A stretch of DNA of 64,000 bases from NCBI GenBank assembly GCA_963758635.1, contig CAVWWD010000005.1, positions 32,001 to 96,000 on the forward strand, read 5' to 3'. Each line of letters begins with the position of its first letter. The stretch's first letter is position 1. The DNA is from an uncultured Candidatus Rokubacteria bacterium (GTDB lineage Bacteria > Methylomirabilota > Methylomirabilia > Rokubacteriales > CSP1-6). The translations under genes were made by a program, and so were the position numbers. Below the pieces are notes generated by a model, which had not been told where the DNA came from, made no database searches, and saw nothing but the letters and a program-made list of their open reading frames with translations. Of the stretch, positions 31,173-41,248 are shown piece by piece.

Positions 31173-32011
31173 TGGACGAGCGCCGGGACGCCTCGCTCTC
31201 GGCCTTCGCTCGCGAGGTGGACCGGCCCGAGGCCGATATCGACGTGGCCCGCGCCGCGCTCGTGATGGCGCGCATGGCGTATCCGGACCTCGACGTCCCG
31301 ACGCAGCTCCTCCGCCTCGACCGCATCGCCGAGGCCGCGCCGGCCGGCTGCCGGCAGGGCGACGCCCTCGGGCGCCTGCACCGGCTGCGCGAGTACCTGT
31401 TCGGCGACGCCGGCTTCGCGGGCAACCGCGAGGACTACTACGACCCGCGCAACAGCTTCCTCAACGACGTGCTGGACCGCCGGGTCGGCATCCCGATCAC
31501 GCTCTGCCTGGTCCTCGTCGAGGTGGGCCGCCGCCTCGGTCTGACGCTCGAGGGCATTGGCCTCCCCGGGCACTTCGTGGCCCGGATGCGGCTCGCCGAC
31601 TCCCAGATCCTGCTCGACCCCTTCGACGGCGGCGCCATCCTCACCCCCGACGCCTGCGCCGACCTCGTCGAGCGCGCGGTGGGGCAGCGCGTGCCACTCT
31701 CCGATGACGCCTTCGCGCCGGTGTCGCGCCGGCAGCTCCTCGCCCGCATGCTCAACAACCTGAAGGGCATCTACTGGCGCCGGGAGGAGTGGGCCCGAGT
31801 GATCGCGGTGATCGACCGCCTGCTCGCCCTCGATCCCGCGGCGGCGGCGGAGCGGCGGGATCGAGGGGTCGCCCTCGCCCAGCTCGGCGACTACGGGCAG
31901 GGCGTGGCCGACTGGGAACGCTATCTCGCAGAGGCGCCGAACGCCCCGGACGGCGACCGCGTCCGCGCCCAGCTCCGCCGGGCGCGCCTCAAGATGGCCG
32001 AGCTCAACTGA
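31172..32011 (+). CDS. SirB1/transglutaminase-like protein with C-terminal TPR
   Basis: GFAGNREDYYDPRNSFLNDVLDRRVGIPITL, GIGLPGHF, DPF, RMLNNLK, ERRDRG. Confidence 0.88.
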   Translation: MDERRDASLSAFAREVDRPEADIDVARAALVMARMAYPDLDVPTQLLRLDRIAEAAPAGCRQGDALGRLHRLREYLFGDAGFAGNREDYYDPRNSFLNDVLDRRVGIPITLCLVLVEVGRRLGLTLEGIGLPGHFVARMRLADSQILLDPFDGGAILTPDACADLVERAVGQRVPLSDDAFAPVSRRQLLARMLNNLKGIYWRREEWARVIAVIDRLLALDPAAAAERRDRGVALAQLGDYGQGVADWERYLAEAPNAPDGDRVRAQLRRARLKMAELN

Positions 32012-32037
32012 ACCGTTCTCCCAGGGAGGACACGGCG

Positions 32038-32766
32038 ATGCGCGTGCGCGGTGGACCCAACCTCTTCGGCTTCTCCGTCGGCATCCTGATGCTCGACACC
32101 CAGTTCCCCCGGATTCCCGGCGACATTGGGAACGCCGAGACGTTCGACTTCCCCGTGCGCTACCACCGCGTGACCGGCGCCTCGCCCGACCGCGTGGTGC
32201 GCCAGGGCCACCAGGATCTGCTCCCGGGCTTCCTGGAGGGCGCCCGCTTCCTGGAGCGCGAGGGCGTCGCCGCGATCACCACGAGCTGCGGCTTTCTCGC
32301 CAAGTTCCAGCACGAGCTGACCTCCGCGGTGTCCGTGCCCGTCTTCACGTCGAGCCTGCTCCTGGTCCCGCTCGTGCACCGCATGCTGGCGCCCGGGAAG
32401 GCGGTGGGGATCATCACCGTGGACGCCTCCTCGCTCCGGCCCGCCCACTACGCGGGAGCGGGCATCGGGCCCGACGTGCCCGTGCGGGTGGCCGGGCTCG
32501 AGACGGAGAAGGAGTTCACGCGCGTGCTCCTCGACGACATGATGGAGCTGGACGTGGACACCGCGCGGGCCGAGCACGTGAAGGTGGCGCGGCGCCTCGT
32601 GGCCGACCATCCCGAGATCGGCGCCATCGTGCTCGAGTGCACCAACATGCCGCCGTTCCGGGCGGACATCCAGCACGCCACGGGGCTGCCGGTGTTCGAC
32701 ATCACCACGCTGGTGCGGATGGTGCGCGACGCCGTGCGCCACGGGCTGCCGCCGCGCCCGGCATGA
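32038..32766 (+). CDS. Asp/Glu/hydantoin racemase-family protein
   Basis: GILMLDTQFPRIPGDIGN, ITTSCGF, VLECTNMPP (two Cys motifs). Confidence 0.85.
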   Translation: MRVRGGPNLFGFSVGILMLDTQFPRIPGDIGNAETFDFPVRYHRVTGASPDRVVRQGHQDLLPGFLEGARFLEREGVAAITTSCGFLAKFQHELTSAVSVPVFTSSLLLVPLVHRMLAPGKAVGIITVDASSLRPAHYAGAGIGPDVPVRVAGLETEKEFTRVLLDDMMELDVDTARAEHVKVARRLVADHPEIGAIVLECTNMPPFRADIQHATGLPVFDITTLVRMVRDAVRHGLPPRPA

Positions 32767-33920
32767 CCGTCACCGCCGACGCCATCGTCATCGGCGGAGG
32801 CGTCATCGGCGCGTCGGTCGCGTACCACCTCCTCGAGCGCGATCCCCGCCTTACCGTGATCCTCCTCGAGCGCGAGGCCGAGGTGGGCACGGGCGCCACG
32901 TCCCGGGCCACCGGGAGCGTGCGCTTCCAGTTCTCCACGGAGGAGAACGTCCGCCTCACCCAGCTCTCGTATCCGTACTTCACCGACGCCCCGGCGATCC
33001 TCGGCCGGAGCGTGGACTTCGTCCGCCACGGCTCCCTCTTCGTGACCTCGGATGGCGCCACGCTCGAGCGCTCGCACGAGAGCGTGCGCCTGCAGCGCTC
33101 GCTCGGCGTCCCCTCCGACGTGCTCGGCCCCGAGGAGTGCGGGCGGCACCTCGCCCACATGGTGGTGAACGACCTTGCCGGCGGCACGTTCTGCCCCGAC
33201 GACGGCTCCGCCGACCCGCACAGCCTCCTCCAGGGCTTCCTCGCGCGGGCGCGCGACCGCGGGCTCGAGGTGCTCGTGTGGCAGTCGGTGATCGGCCTCT
33301 TCCGCGAAGGCGAGCGCGTGACCGGGGCGCGGACGATCACCCACGCCTACCACGCGCCGGTGGTGATCGACTGCGCCGGTCCCGAGGCGCACGAGGTCGG
33401 CGCGCTCGCCGGCGTGGACGTCCCGTCGCGGCCGTACCGCCGCCAGGTCCTCGTCACCGACCCCTTGCCCGACCTGCCCGAGGTGTTCCCGCTGCTGGTG
33501 GACCTCGACACGGGCTTCTACGTGCACCGCCAGGGCAAGAGCGCGGTGCTCATGGGTGGCACCGACAAGGACCACACGCCCGGGTACGACACCACCGTGG
33601 ACTGGAACGCCTTCGGCGCGGTGTTCGAGGCGGCGCGGCGCCGCGTGCCGCCGCTCGCTGACGCCAAGGTCATGCGCGCCTACGCCGGTATCCGTGACCT
33701 CACGCCCGACTACCACGGCATCCTCGGGCCCGCGCCGAGCGTCCCCGGCCTCTACGTGGCGTGCGGGTTCTCCGGCCACGGCTTCATGCACGCCCCGGCC
33801 ATCGGTCGGCTCATGGCCGAGATCGTCCTCGACGGCCGCGCGTCCAGCATGGACGTGAGCGCGCTCGCTCTGGATCGCTTCGCGACCGGCCAAAGCCGTG
33901 TCGAAGCGAACATGTTCTAG
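32763..33920 (+). CDS. FAD-dependent amine oxidoreductase (SoxB/DadA family)
   Basis: IGGGVIG, GATSRATG, TPDYHGILG, GFSGHGFMHAP. Confidence 0.88.
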   Translation: MTVTADAIVIGGGVIGASVAYHLLERDPRLTVILLEREAEVGTGATSRATGSVRFQFSTEENVRLTQLSYPYFTDAPAILGRSVDFVRHGSLFVTSDGATLERSHESVRLQRSLGVPSDVLGPEECGRHLAHMVVNDLAGGTFCPDDGSADPHSLLQGFLARARDRGLEVLVWQSVIGLFREGERVTGARTITHAYHAPVVIDCAGPEAHEVGALAGVDVPSRPYRRQVLVTDPLPDLPEVFPLLVDLDTGFYVHRQGKSAVLMGGTDKDHTPGYDTTVDWNAFGAVFEAARRRVPPLADAKVMRAYAGIRDLTPDYHGILGPAPSVPGLYVACGFSGHGFMHAPAIGRLMAEIVLDGRASSMDVSALALDRFATGQSRVEANMF

Positions 33921-33952
33921 CGTGACAAGCGAGCGCCATGGGGTTGGCGGTC

Positions 33953-34002
33953 GTTTCCACAGCATCTCCGGATGCGCACCCCTCGCCTTCCGCTCGCTTC
34001 GC
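33953..34002 (+). repeat. Diverged copy of TTCCAC repeat family B
   Basis: GTTTCCACAGCATCTCC...CTCGCCTTCCGCTCGCTTCGC aligns with 53121-53177 and 54256-54308. Confidence 0.65.
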
Positions 34003-34007
34003 AAGAC

Positions 34008-35120
34008 ATGAAAATCGCCGACATCCGCACGATCCGGGCTGACATCCCGGTGCGCCGGCCCCACGAGATGTCCTTCACCACGCTCGAGGCGGTGAACTTC
34101 GTGTTCGTGCGCATCGAGACCGCGGACGGGATCGTGGGCTGGGGCGAGGCCGCCTGCCTGGGCGGGCCGACGTGGAGCGAGGAGTCCGCGGAGTCCGTCG
34201 CCGCCACCATCGATCGCTACATCGCTCCGTGGCTCGCCGGCCGCGACGCCGCGGCCATCGAGCCGCTGCGGATCGAGATGGCGCGCCGGGTGCAGGGAAA
34301 CCCGTTCGCGCGCGCCGCGGTGGAGATGGCGCTGTGGGACCTCGCCGGCCGCGCCCTCGGCGTTCCCGTGCACCGGCTCCTGGGCGGGCGCGTGCGTGAT
34401 CGGGTGCCGCTATCCTGGTCGCTCGCCGTCGGCGACACCGACCGCGAGATCGCCGAGGCGCGCGACAAGGCGGGCCACGGGCACCGCATCTTCAAGATCA
34501 AGACGGCGGTGAAGAGCGTCGAGGCGGACGTCGAGCGCGTGAGGCGGCTGCGCGAGGCCCTCGGCCCCGGCGTGTCGCTCCGCGTCGACGCCAACCAGGG
34601 CTGGGACCGGGCCACGGCGCTTCGGGCCATCCGCGCCCTCGAGCCGTACGGGCTCGACTTCGTCGAGCAGCCGGTGCCGCGCTGGGACGTGGAGGGCATG
34701 GCCCACATCGGCAGGAGCGTCACCGTCCCCGTGATGGCCGACGAGTCCTGCTTCACGCCGCACGACGCGCTCGCCATCGCCCGGCTCGGCGGCGTCTCCA
34801 TCCTCGGCCTCAAGGTGACGAAGTCCGCGGGGCTTCTCGACACCATGGCGATCGCGCGTATCGCGGAAGCCGCGGGTATGACCTGCTACGTCGGCTGCAT
34901 GATCGAGACCTCGCTCGGCAGCGCCGCGTACCTCCAGGTGGCGCTGGCCGCGGCGCCGGTCACGTGGGGCTGCGAGTTGTTCGGCCCGCTGCTCCTCGCC
35001 GGCGACGTGACCGCCCGGCCCGTCCAGTACGCGGATGGCTGCATCCTCAGCCTCGACGGCCCGGGGCTCGGCGTGGAGATCGACGAGCGCGCGCTCGCCG
35101 AGTGGAAGCCGCGCTCGTGA
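34008..35120 (+). CDS. Enolase-superfamily enzyme (muconate cycloisomerase-like subgroup)
   Basis: GWGE, FKIK, VDANQ, EQP, ADES, GCMIE, ELFG. Confidence 0.88.
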   Translation: MKIADIRTIRADIPVRRPHEMSFTTLEAVNFVFVRIETADGIVGWGEAACLGGPTWSEESAESVAATIDRYIAPWLAGRDAAAIEPLRIEMARRVQGNPFARAAVEMALWDLAGRALGVPVHRLLGGRVRDRVPLSWSLAVGDTDREIAEARDKAGHGHRIFKIKTAVKSVEADVERVRRLREALGPGVSLRVDANQGWDRATALRAIRALEPYGLDFVEQPVPRWDVEGMAHIGRSVTVPVMADESCFTPHDALAIARLGGVSILGLKVTKSAGLLDTMAIARIAEAAGMTCYVGCMIETSLGSAAYLQVALAAAPVTWGCELFGPLLLAGDVTARPVQYADGCILSLDGPGLGVEIDERALAEWKPRS

Positions 35121-35869
35121 CGCCGGCGGCGCCAGGCGAGCCGCTTCTCGAGACGCGAGGCCTGACGAGACGCTTCGGCGGGCTGGTGGCGGTGGACGGC
35201 CTCGACCTCGTCGTGAGCGCGGGCGAGGTGAGGGGGCTGATCGGCCCGAACGGCTCGGGGAAGACCACCACGGTCAACCTCGTGTCCGGCCTCTATCGGC
35301 CCGACGCCGGCGAGATCCGGCTCCGCGGCGAGCGTCTCGACGGCCTCCGCCCACACCAGATCGCCGGGCGAGGCGTGGCGCGCACGTTCCAGATCCCCAA
35401 GCTCTTCGGCAACATGACCGTGCTGGAGAACGTCCTCGTACCCGCCCTCGCCGAGCGCGACCGGGGCGGGCGGCGGCCCCTGGGCGAGGTGCGGGAGCGC
35501 GCCCGCCACCTGCTCGACTTCGTCCTGCTCGACCGGATGCGCCACGATCAGGCGCGGGAGCTGTCGGGTGGCCAGGGCATGCTGCTCCAGATCGCCCGCG
35601 CGCTCATGCTCCACCCGCTGCACCTCCTGCTGATGGACGAGCCCTTCGCCGGCGTGCACCCGACGATCAAGGAGACGATCCTCGCAACGATCTTGCGCAT
35701 GAACCGCGAGGAGGGCGTCACGTGCCTCGTGGTCTCCCACGAGATGGCCACGCTTCGCCAGCTCTGCCCGCGCGTGTCGGTGATGCACGAGGGGCGGCTC
35801 ATCGCCGAGGGGCCGCTCGAGGAGGTGGCGAACCACGCCCTCGTCCTCGAGGCGTACCTGGGCCGGTGA
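35117..35869 (+). CDS. HAAT ABC transporter ATP-binding protein (LivG-like)
   Basis: GPNGSGKTT, ARTFQ, LSGGQ, MDEP, EAYLG. Confidence 0.9.
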   Translation: MTPAAPGEPLLETRGLTRRFGGLVAVDGLDLVVSAGEVRGLIGPNGSGKTTTVNLVSGLYRPDAGEIRLRGERLDGLRPHQIAGRGVARTFQIPKLFGNMTVLENVLVPALAERDRGGRRPLGEVRERARHLLDFVLLDRMRHDQARELSGGQGMLLQIARALMLHPLHLLLMDEPFAGVHPTIKETILATILRMNREEGVTCLVVSHEMATLRQLCPRVSVMHEGRLIAEGPLEEVANHALVLEAYLGR

Positions 35870-35873
35870 CGCG

Positions 35874-36596
35874 GTGGCCCTCCTCGACGTGGACGGCATC
35901 TCGGTGGGCTACGTGGAGGGGATCAACGTCCTCGACGACGTGACGCTCGCCGTAGCGCCGGGCAGCGTGACCGGCGTCATCGGGCCCAACGGCGCGGGCA
36001 AGTCCACGCTCCTCAAGACGGTGTTCGGCTTCCTCCATCCCCGCCGCGGGCGCATCCTCCACGACGGTCGCCCTGTCGAGACCCTGGCACCGCACGAGAT
36101 CAAGCGGCTCGGCATCAGCTACGTGCCGCAGGGCGTGAACGTCTTCCCCCAGCTCACGGTCGAGGAGAACCTGCTCCTCGGGCTCTGGGTGTGGCGGAAA
36201 GACCGGGCGCGGGTGGGAGGGATGCTCGAGCGCGCCTACGCGGCGTTCCCCAGGCTCCGCGAGAAGCGCCGGCTGCGGGCCACCGGTCTCTCCGGCGGCG
36301 AGGCGAAGATGCTGTCGCTCGCCAAGGAGCTCGTGACGGACCCGCGGCTGCTGCTCGTGGACGAGCCCTCGGCCGGCCTCGCCCCGGTCATCGCGCACCA
36401 GGTATACGAGGAGCTGCTCGCCGCGCGCGCCCGCGGGGTGACCGTGCTGCTGGTCGATCAGAACATCACGAAGGCGGTGGAGATCTCCGACTACCTCTAC
36501 ATGATCGAGCGCGGGCAGGTGCGGCGGGAGGGCCCGCGCGAGGCCTTCGCCGATCAGCTCCGCGACATCATCCGCGACTCGCTCCTCGGCGCATGA
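35874..36596 (+). CDS. HAAT ABC transporter ATP-binding protein (LivF-like)
   Basis: GPNGAGKST, LTVEENL, FPRL, LSGGE, DEPSAGLAP. Confidence 0.9.
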   Translation: MALLDVDGISVGYVEGINVLDDVTLAVAPGSVTGVIGPNGAGKSTLLKTVFGFLHPRRGRILHDGRPVETLAPHEIKRLGISYVPQGVNVFPQLTVEENLLLGLWVWRKDRARVGGMLERAYAAFPRLREKRRLRATGLSGGEAKMLSLAKELVTDPRLLLVDEPSAGLAPVIAHQVYEELLAARARGVTVLLVDQNITKAVEISDYLYMIERGQVRREGPREAFADQLRDIIRDSLLGA

Positions 36597-37573
36597 GCCC
36601 GATGCCGGCAGCGCGAGCCCTCGCCTGGTGCGCCGGCGCGTACGTGGCGCTTGCCTGGCTGCCGTGGGCGCTTTCCGAGTACCACACGCACGTGGCCACG
36701 ATCGCGCTGTACTACGTGATCCTCGCCACCGGCTGGAACCTCCTCGCCGGGTACACCGGGCAGTTCTCCCTGGCCCACCACACGTTCGCGGGCATCGGCG
36801 GGTACACCTCGGCGCTCCTCGTCAAGCACACCGGCCTGCCCATCCTGGTCGGGATCGTCGCGGGCTCGGTGGTGGCGGCGGCGATCGGCTACGGGCTCGG
36901 CACGCTCTGCCTGCGGATGCGCGCCATCTACCTGGCGCTCGCGACCTGGGCGTTCGCGGAGTCCGTCCGGCTCCTCATCACCGTCGAGTACCAGATCACT
37001 CGCGGCGACCTCGGTCTCGCGACGCCGCTCCTGTTCGACACGCCGCGCCCGACCCCGTACTTCTACCTGTTCCTCGGCCTCGCCCTGGCCGCGCTGCTCG
37101 CCGCCCTTGGCATCATGCGCTCGCGGATCGGCGTCTACCTGCGCGCCATCCGCGACGACGAGGAGGCCGCCGCCGTCATGGGCGTCGACACCCTCCGGTG
37201 GAAGCGGTTCGCCTTCGCGGTGTCCGCGGTGTTCGCGGCGGTCGCGGGCGGCTTCCAGGCCCACTACGTGGGCCTCCTGTCGCCGGCGCCGATGAAGTTC
37301 AACGAGATGGCCATGGTGGTGATCATGGTGATCGTCGGCGGTCTTCGCACCATGCCCGGCCCGGTGATCGGCGCGGTGTTCATCGAGGTGCTCTCGGAGC
37401 TGTTGCGCGCGTGGGGCGAGGTGCGCATGGTCGTCTTCGCGCTGCTCGTCATCGCAGTGGCCCGGGGCTATCCCGCCGGCCTCTACGGCGTGTGGCGTGC
37501 GCTCGCCCAGCGCCTCGCCGCCCGCGTGCCCGCGCTGGCCCCCGCCCTCGTCGCCGGCCGCCCACACGACTGA
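36593..37573 (+). CDS. HAAT ABC transporter permease (LivM-like)
   Basis: WNLLAGYTGQFSLAH, YLALAT, AIRDDEEAA, GGL...GPVIGA. Confidence 0.9.
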   Translation: MSPMPAARALAWCAGAYVALAWLPWALSEYHTHVATIALYYVILATGWNLLAGYTGQFSLAHHTFAGIGGYTSALLVKHTGLPILVGIVAGSVVAAAIGYGLGTLCLRMRAIYLALATWAFAESVRLLITVEYQITRGDLGLATPLLFDTPRPTPYFYLFLGLALAALLAALGIMRSRIGVYLRAIRDDEEAAAVMGVDTLRWKRFAFAVSAVFAAVAGGFQAHYVGLLSPAPMKFNEMAMVVIMVIVGGLRTMPGPVIGAVFIEVLSELLRAWGEVRMVVFALLVIAVARGYPAGLYGVWRALAQRLAARVPALAPALVAGRPHD

Positions 37574-37744
37574 CTCCGCGGGCCGAGCACCAGGGACGAG
37601 CTCTGCCGCGATACACTGACGAGACCGTGTTACACGGTTCCGTCCAATGGTAGCTACAGCTATCCACAGAGGCTTGTTCCGTATGGTTGTGAGTTCGCAA
37701 CACCGCAGCCGAACTCGGAAGTCGGGATAGGGGCACGGGCCGCG

Positions 37745-40700
37745 ATGCAGTGCCCGAGGTGTCGGCACGAGAACAGCCCTGGCGCCAAGTTTTGTGAGGA
37801 ATGCGCCGCGCCCTTGGCCCGGGCCTGCACCAACTGTGGAGCCCAGCTTTCCGCGGCCGCGAAGTTCTGCTCAGAGTGCGCGCATCCCGCCGGCGCCGCG
37901 GCGCCGAACGCGCGGCGGTTTGGTCCACCCGAGTCCTACACCCCCAAGCATCTCGTCGAGAAGATCCTCACCTCGAAGGGCTCGCTCGAAGGCGAGCGCA
38001 AGCAGGTGACAATCCTCTTCGCGGACCTGAAGGGTTCGATGGAGTTGCTCGCCGATCGTGATCCGGACGACGCGCGGATGCTGCTCGACCCCATCCTCGA
38101 GCACATGATGGAGGCCGTCCATCGCTACGAGGGCACGGTCAACCAGGTCATGGGAGACGGGGTCATGGCGCTGTTCGGGGCGCCGCTCGCCCACGAGGAT
38201 CACGCCGTCCGCGCCTGCTACGCGGCGGTCCGGATGCAGGAGACGGTAAAGCGGTACGCGGAGAGTGTGCGTCGCGTCGAGGGTGTCCCACTCCAGATCC
38301 GCGTAGGCATCAACTCCGGGGAGGTGGTGGTCCGATCCATCGGAAGCGACCTGCGGATGGACTACTCGGCCATCGGGCACACAACCAACCTCGCAGCCCG
38401 GATGGAACAGATCGCGATGCCGGGGACCATCGTCGTGGCGCCGGACACGTTGAGGCTGGTCGAGGATCATGTCCAGGTCACTGCTCTTGGACCGACCACG
38501 ATCAAGGGACTGCCGAATCCCATTGAGGTGTACGAGCTGACCGGCGTCGCGAGCGTGCGGTCCCGGTTCCAGGCCGCGGCGGCCCGCGGCTTGAGCCGGT
38601 TCGTCGGGCGCGATCCCGAGATGGAACAGTTGCGGCTGGCCCTTGAGCGGGCTGCCGAAGGGCATGGCCAGGTCGCGGCCGTCGTCGGGGAGCCGGGCGT
38701 CGGCAAGTCGCGACTTTACTGGGAATTCATACACTCGCATCGCACGCACGGCTGGCTCGTTCTGGAGAGCGGGTCTGTCTCGCACGGGAAGGCCACGAGC
38801 TATCTGCCGATCATCGATCTCCTCATCGGGTACTTTCAGATCGAAACGCGAGACGAGCCTCGCCGTCTTCGCGAGAAGATCACCGGGAAGCTCCTCGGCC
38901 TGGATGAAGCGTTGCGGCCCATCTTGCCGGCACTCTTCGAGCTCTTCGACTTGCCGATTGGCGACGCCAGCTGGCGGGCGCTCGACGCGACGCAGCGCCG
39001 GCAGCGCATCCTGGACGCCGTAAAGCGTCTCCTCCTGCGCGAGAGTCAGGTCCAACCCTTGATCGTCGTGTTCGAGGACCTGCACTGGATCGACTCCGAG
39101 ACGCAGGCATTCCTCAATGGCCTGGTCGAGAGCGTCCCGACGGCCCGTCTCCTGCTGCTGCTCAACTACCGGCCGGAGTACCGGCACGACTGGGGCGGCA
39201 AAACGTACTACCACCAGCTGCAGATCGACCCGCTCGCCTCGGCATCCGCCGACGTTCTCATCCAGTCGCTCTTGGGGCCCGGCGCGGACGTCCGGGCGCT
39301 GGGCCAGGTCCTGATCCAGAGGACGGGAGGGAACCCGTTCTTCATCGAGGAGAGCGTTCGCACACTCTTCGAGACCGGGGTGCTGTCGGGACATCGCGGC
39401 GACTACTGCCTCGCCCGGGACGTTGCCGAGATCCAGGTTCCCCCGACCGTGCAGGCGGTCCTTTCGGCCCGCATCGACCGACTGCCGCCGGCGGACAAGC
39501 GGCTGCTGCAGTGTGCCGCGGTCATTGGCAAGGATGTGCCACTGCCGCTGCTCCAGGCCGTGTCGGACCTCCCGCAGGTGGACCTTCAGCATGGCCTCGC
39601 GCGGCTCCAGGCCGCCGAGTTCCTCTACGAGAAGCAGCTCTTCCCCGAACTCGAATACACGTTCAAGCATGCCCTGACGCAAGAGACGGCCTACGCGAGC
39701 CTGCTCCAGGAGCGCCGTCGCGCGCTCCACGCGCGGCTGGTCCCGGCCCTCGAGGAGGTCCATGCCGACCGGCTCGAAGAACATGTCGAGCGCCTGGGAC
39801 ACCATGCGCTCCGCGGCGGAGTCTGGAACAAGGCGGCGGACTATCTCTACAGGGCCGGGGCCAAGGCGTTCGGGCGGTCGGCCCTGCGCGAAGCCGCGGC
39901 ATGGTACGAACAGGCGAAGGTGGCCCTCAGTCACGTCACGCAGACCGAGGAGATCGGCGCGCGGGTCGTCGACATTTGTTTCGAACTGCGGAACGCGTTG
40001 ATGCAGATCGGTGACTTCGCGCGGGCCAAGGATCATCTGCTCGAGGCCAAGGCGCGGGCCGAGGCCCTCGGAGACCGCCGTCGCCTCGGGCAGGCGCTCT
40101 CGATCCTGGCCAACTACTACATGAACACCGGCGACCTCGACGCCGCCCTCGACTCGGGCAACCAGGCGCTCACCACCGCCGAATCCGTCGGCGACTTCCG
40201 GCTGGAACGTCATGGTGAGCGTTCACCTCGGTTGGATCCACTGCACCACTGGCGACTGGCGGGTCGCTGGACAAATGCTCACCAGGCACGTGGGCGCGCT
40301 GACCGGGCATCTAGCGACTGATCACTTCGGCATGGGGGCGCCGGCCTCCGTCCTGTCGCGGTCGATCGCGGCCCAAGCGTACTCCGAGCTCGGAGAGTTT
40401 GATCGAGGTGTCCGGCTCGCCCGGGAAGCTGTCCAGCTGACCGAAGCTCGGGGCCGCGCTCTGGATCGGGTGTACGCGTATCGAAGCCTGTCCTACGTGC
40501 ACGCACTTCAGGGTGAGCCGGCGCTGCTGGTCACCGTCGCCGAACAAGGTCTCGAGCTCGCCGAGACCAACGGGATCCTACTCTTTCTCACGTGGTTCGC
40601 CGGCTACCTGGCCTACGCGCATGCCCTGGCCGGCAATCTCGACCGCGTTCCCAGGCTCGTAGAGCGCGTGAAAGTCTCGGTCTCGTCCACGTCGACGTGG

Positions 40701-41129
40701 AGCCAGGCCCTGGCGCACATACGGGCGGGGGAAGCCTGCCTCTGCGCCGAAAGGATCGACGAGGCGTCTCGGCTCGCACAGACGGCTCTCGACACCGCCA
40801 CGCGTCATGGCCATCGAGGCTACCGTGCCTGGGCGATCTGGCTTCTGGGCGAGATCGCTCGGACCGCCGATCCGGACGATCTTCCACGCGCCGCCGCTCA
40901 CTATCGCGAGGCGCTGAGGAACGCGATCGGCCTCGCCATGCGCCCGCTCACCGCTCACTGCCACCTGGGCCTCGCGAAGCTCTACCGGCGAAACGGCAGC
41001 CGCAGGGAGGCGGAGGAGAACCTGGCCGCCGCGGTGTCCCTGTATCGCGAAATGGACATGCGCTTCTGGCTCGAGCAGGCCGAGGTGAAATCAGGGCCCC
41101 AGCATGACCACGGAGACGAGGGGGCATGA
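37745..41129 (+). CDS. Double zinc-ribbon / class III nucleotide cyclase / AAA ATPase / TPR protein (frameshift near 40210)
   Basis: CPRC..FCEEC..CTNC..FCSEC; FADLKGS, GDGVMALFG; GEPGVGKSRL, FEDLHW, GGNPFF; TPR-like tail in ORF 40212..41129. Confidence 0.9.
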
Positions 41130-41196
41130 CGACACGTTCGACCGGACCGCTGGCTCGCGTTCGCTCGCCGCGGCCGGTCAACGTGAAGCGTTCGCC
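41124..41196 (+). mobile_element. Integron attC-like recombination site (solitary, R boxes degenerate)
   Basis: R'' GCATGAC, 5 nt, L'' GTTCGACC, GG-A-CCGC...GCGG-CC, L' GGTCAAC, 7 nt, R' GTTCGCC; two extrahelical bases at the canonical positions. Confidence 0.72.
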
Positions 41197-41248
41197 GCAC
41201 AGGGGAGTGATTGGCGGTTGAGTTCCACACGCGGCTTCCACACGCTCC

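Noticed and set aside
31164..31174. Selenocysteine read-through at GGC-TGC-TGA in the ferritin-like gene
   Set aside because: The TGA overlaps the next gene's ATG (TGATG coupling) and no convincing SECIS hairpin follows
32763..33920. thiO assignment for the FAD oxidoreductase
   Set aside because: It is 15 kb from the thi operon, embedded in a catabolic cluster, and has SoxB-like motifs
37616..37645. Hammerhead ribozyme (CTGACGA followed by a stem)
   Set aside because: The required GAAA after stem II is absent
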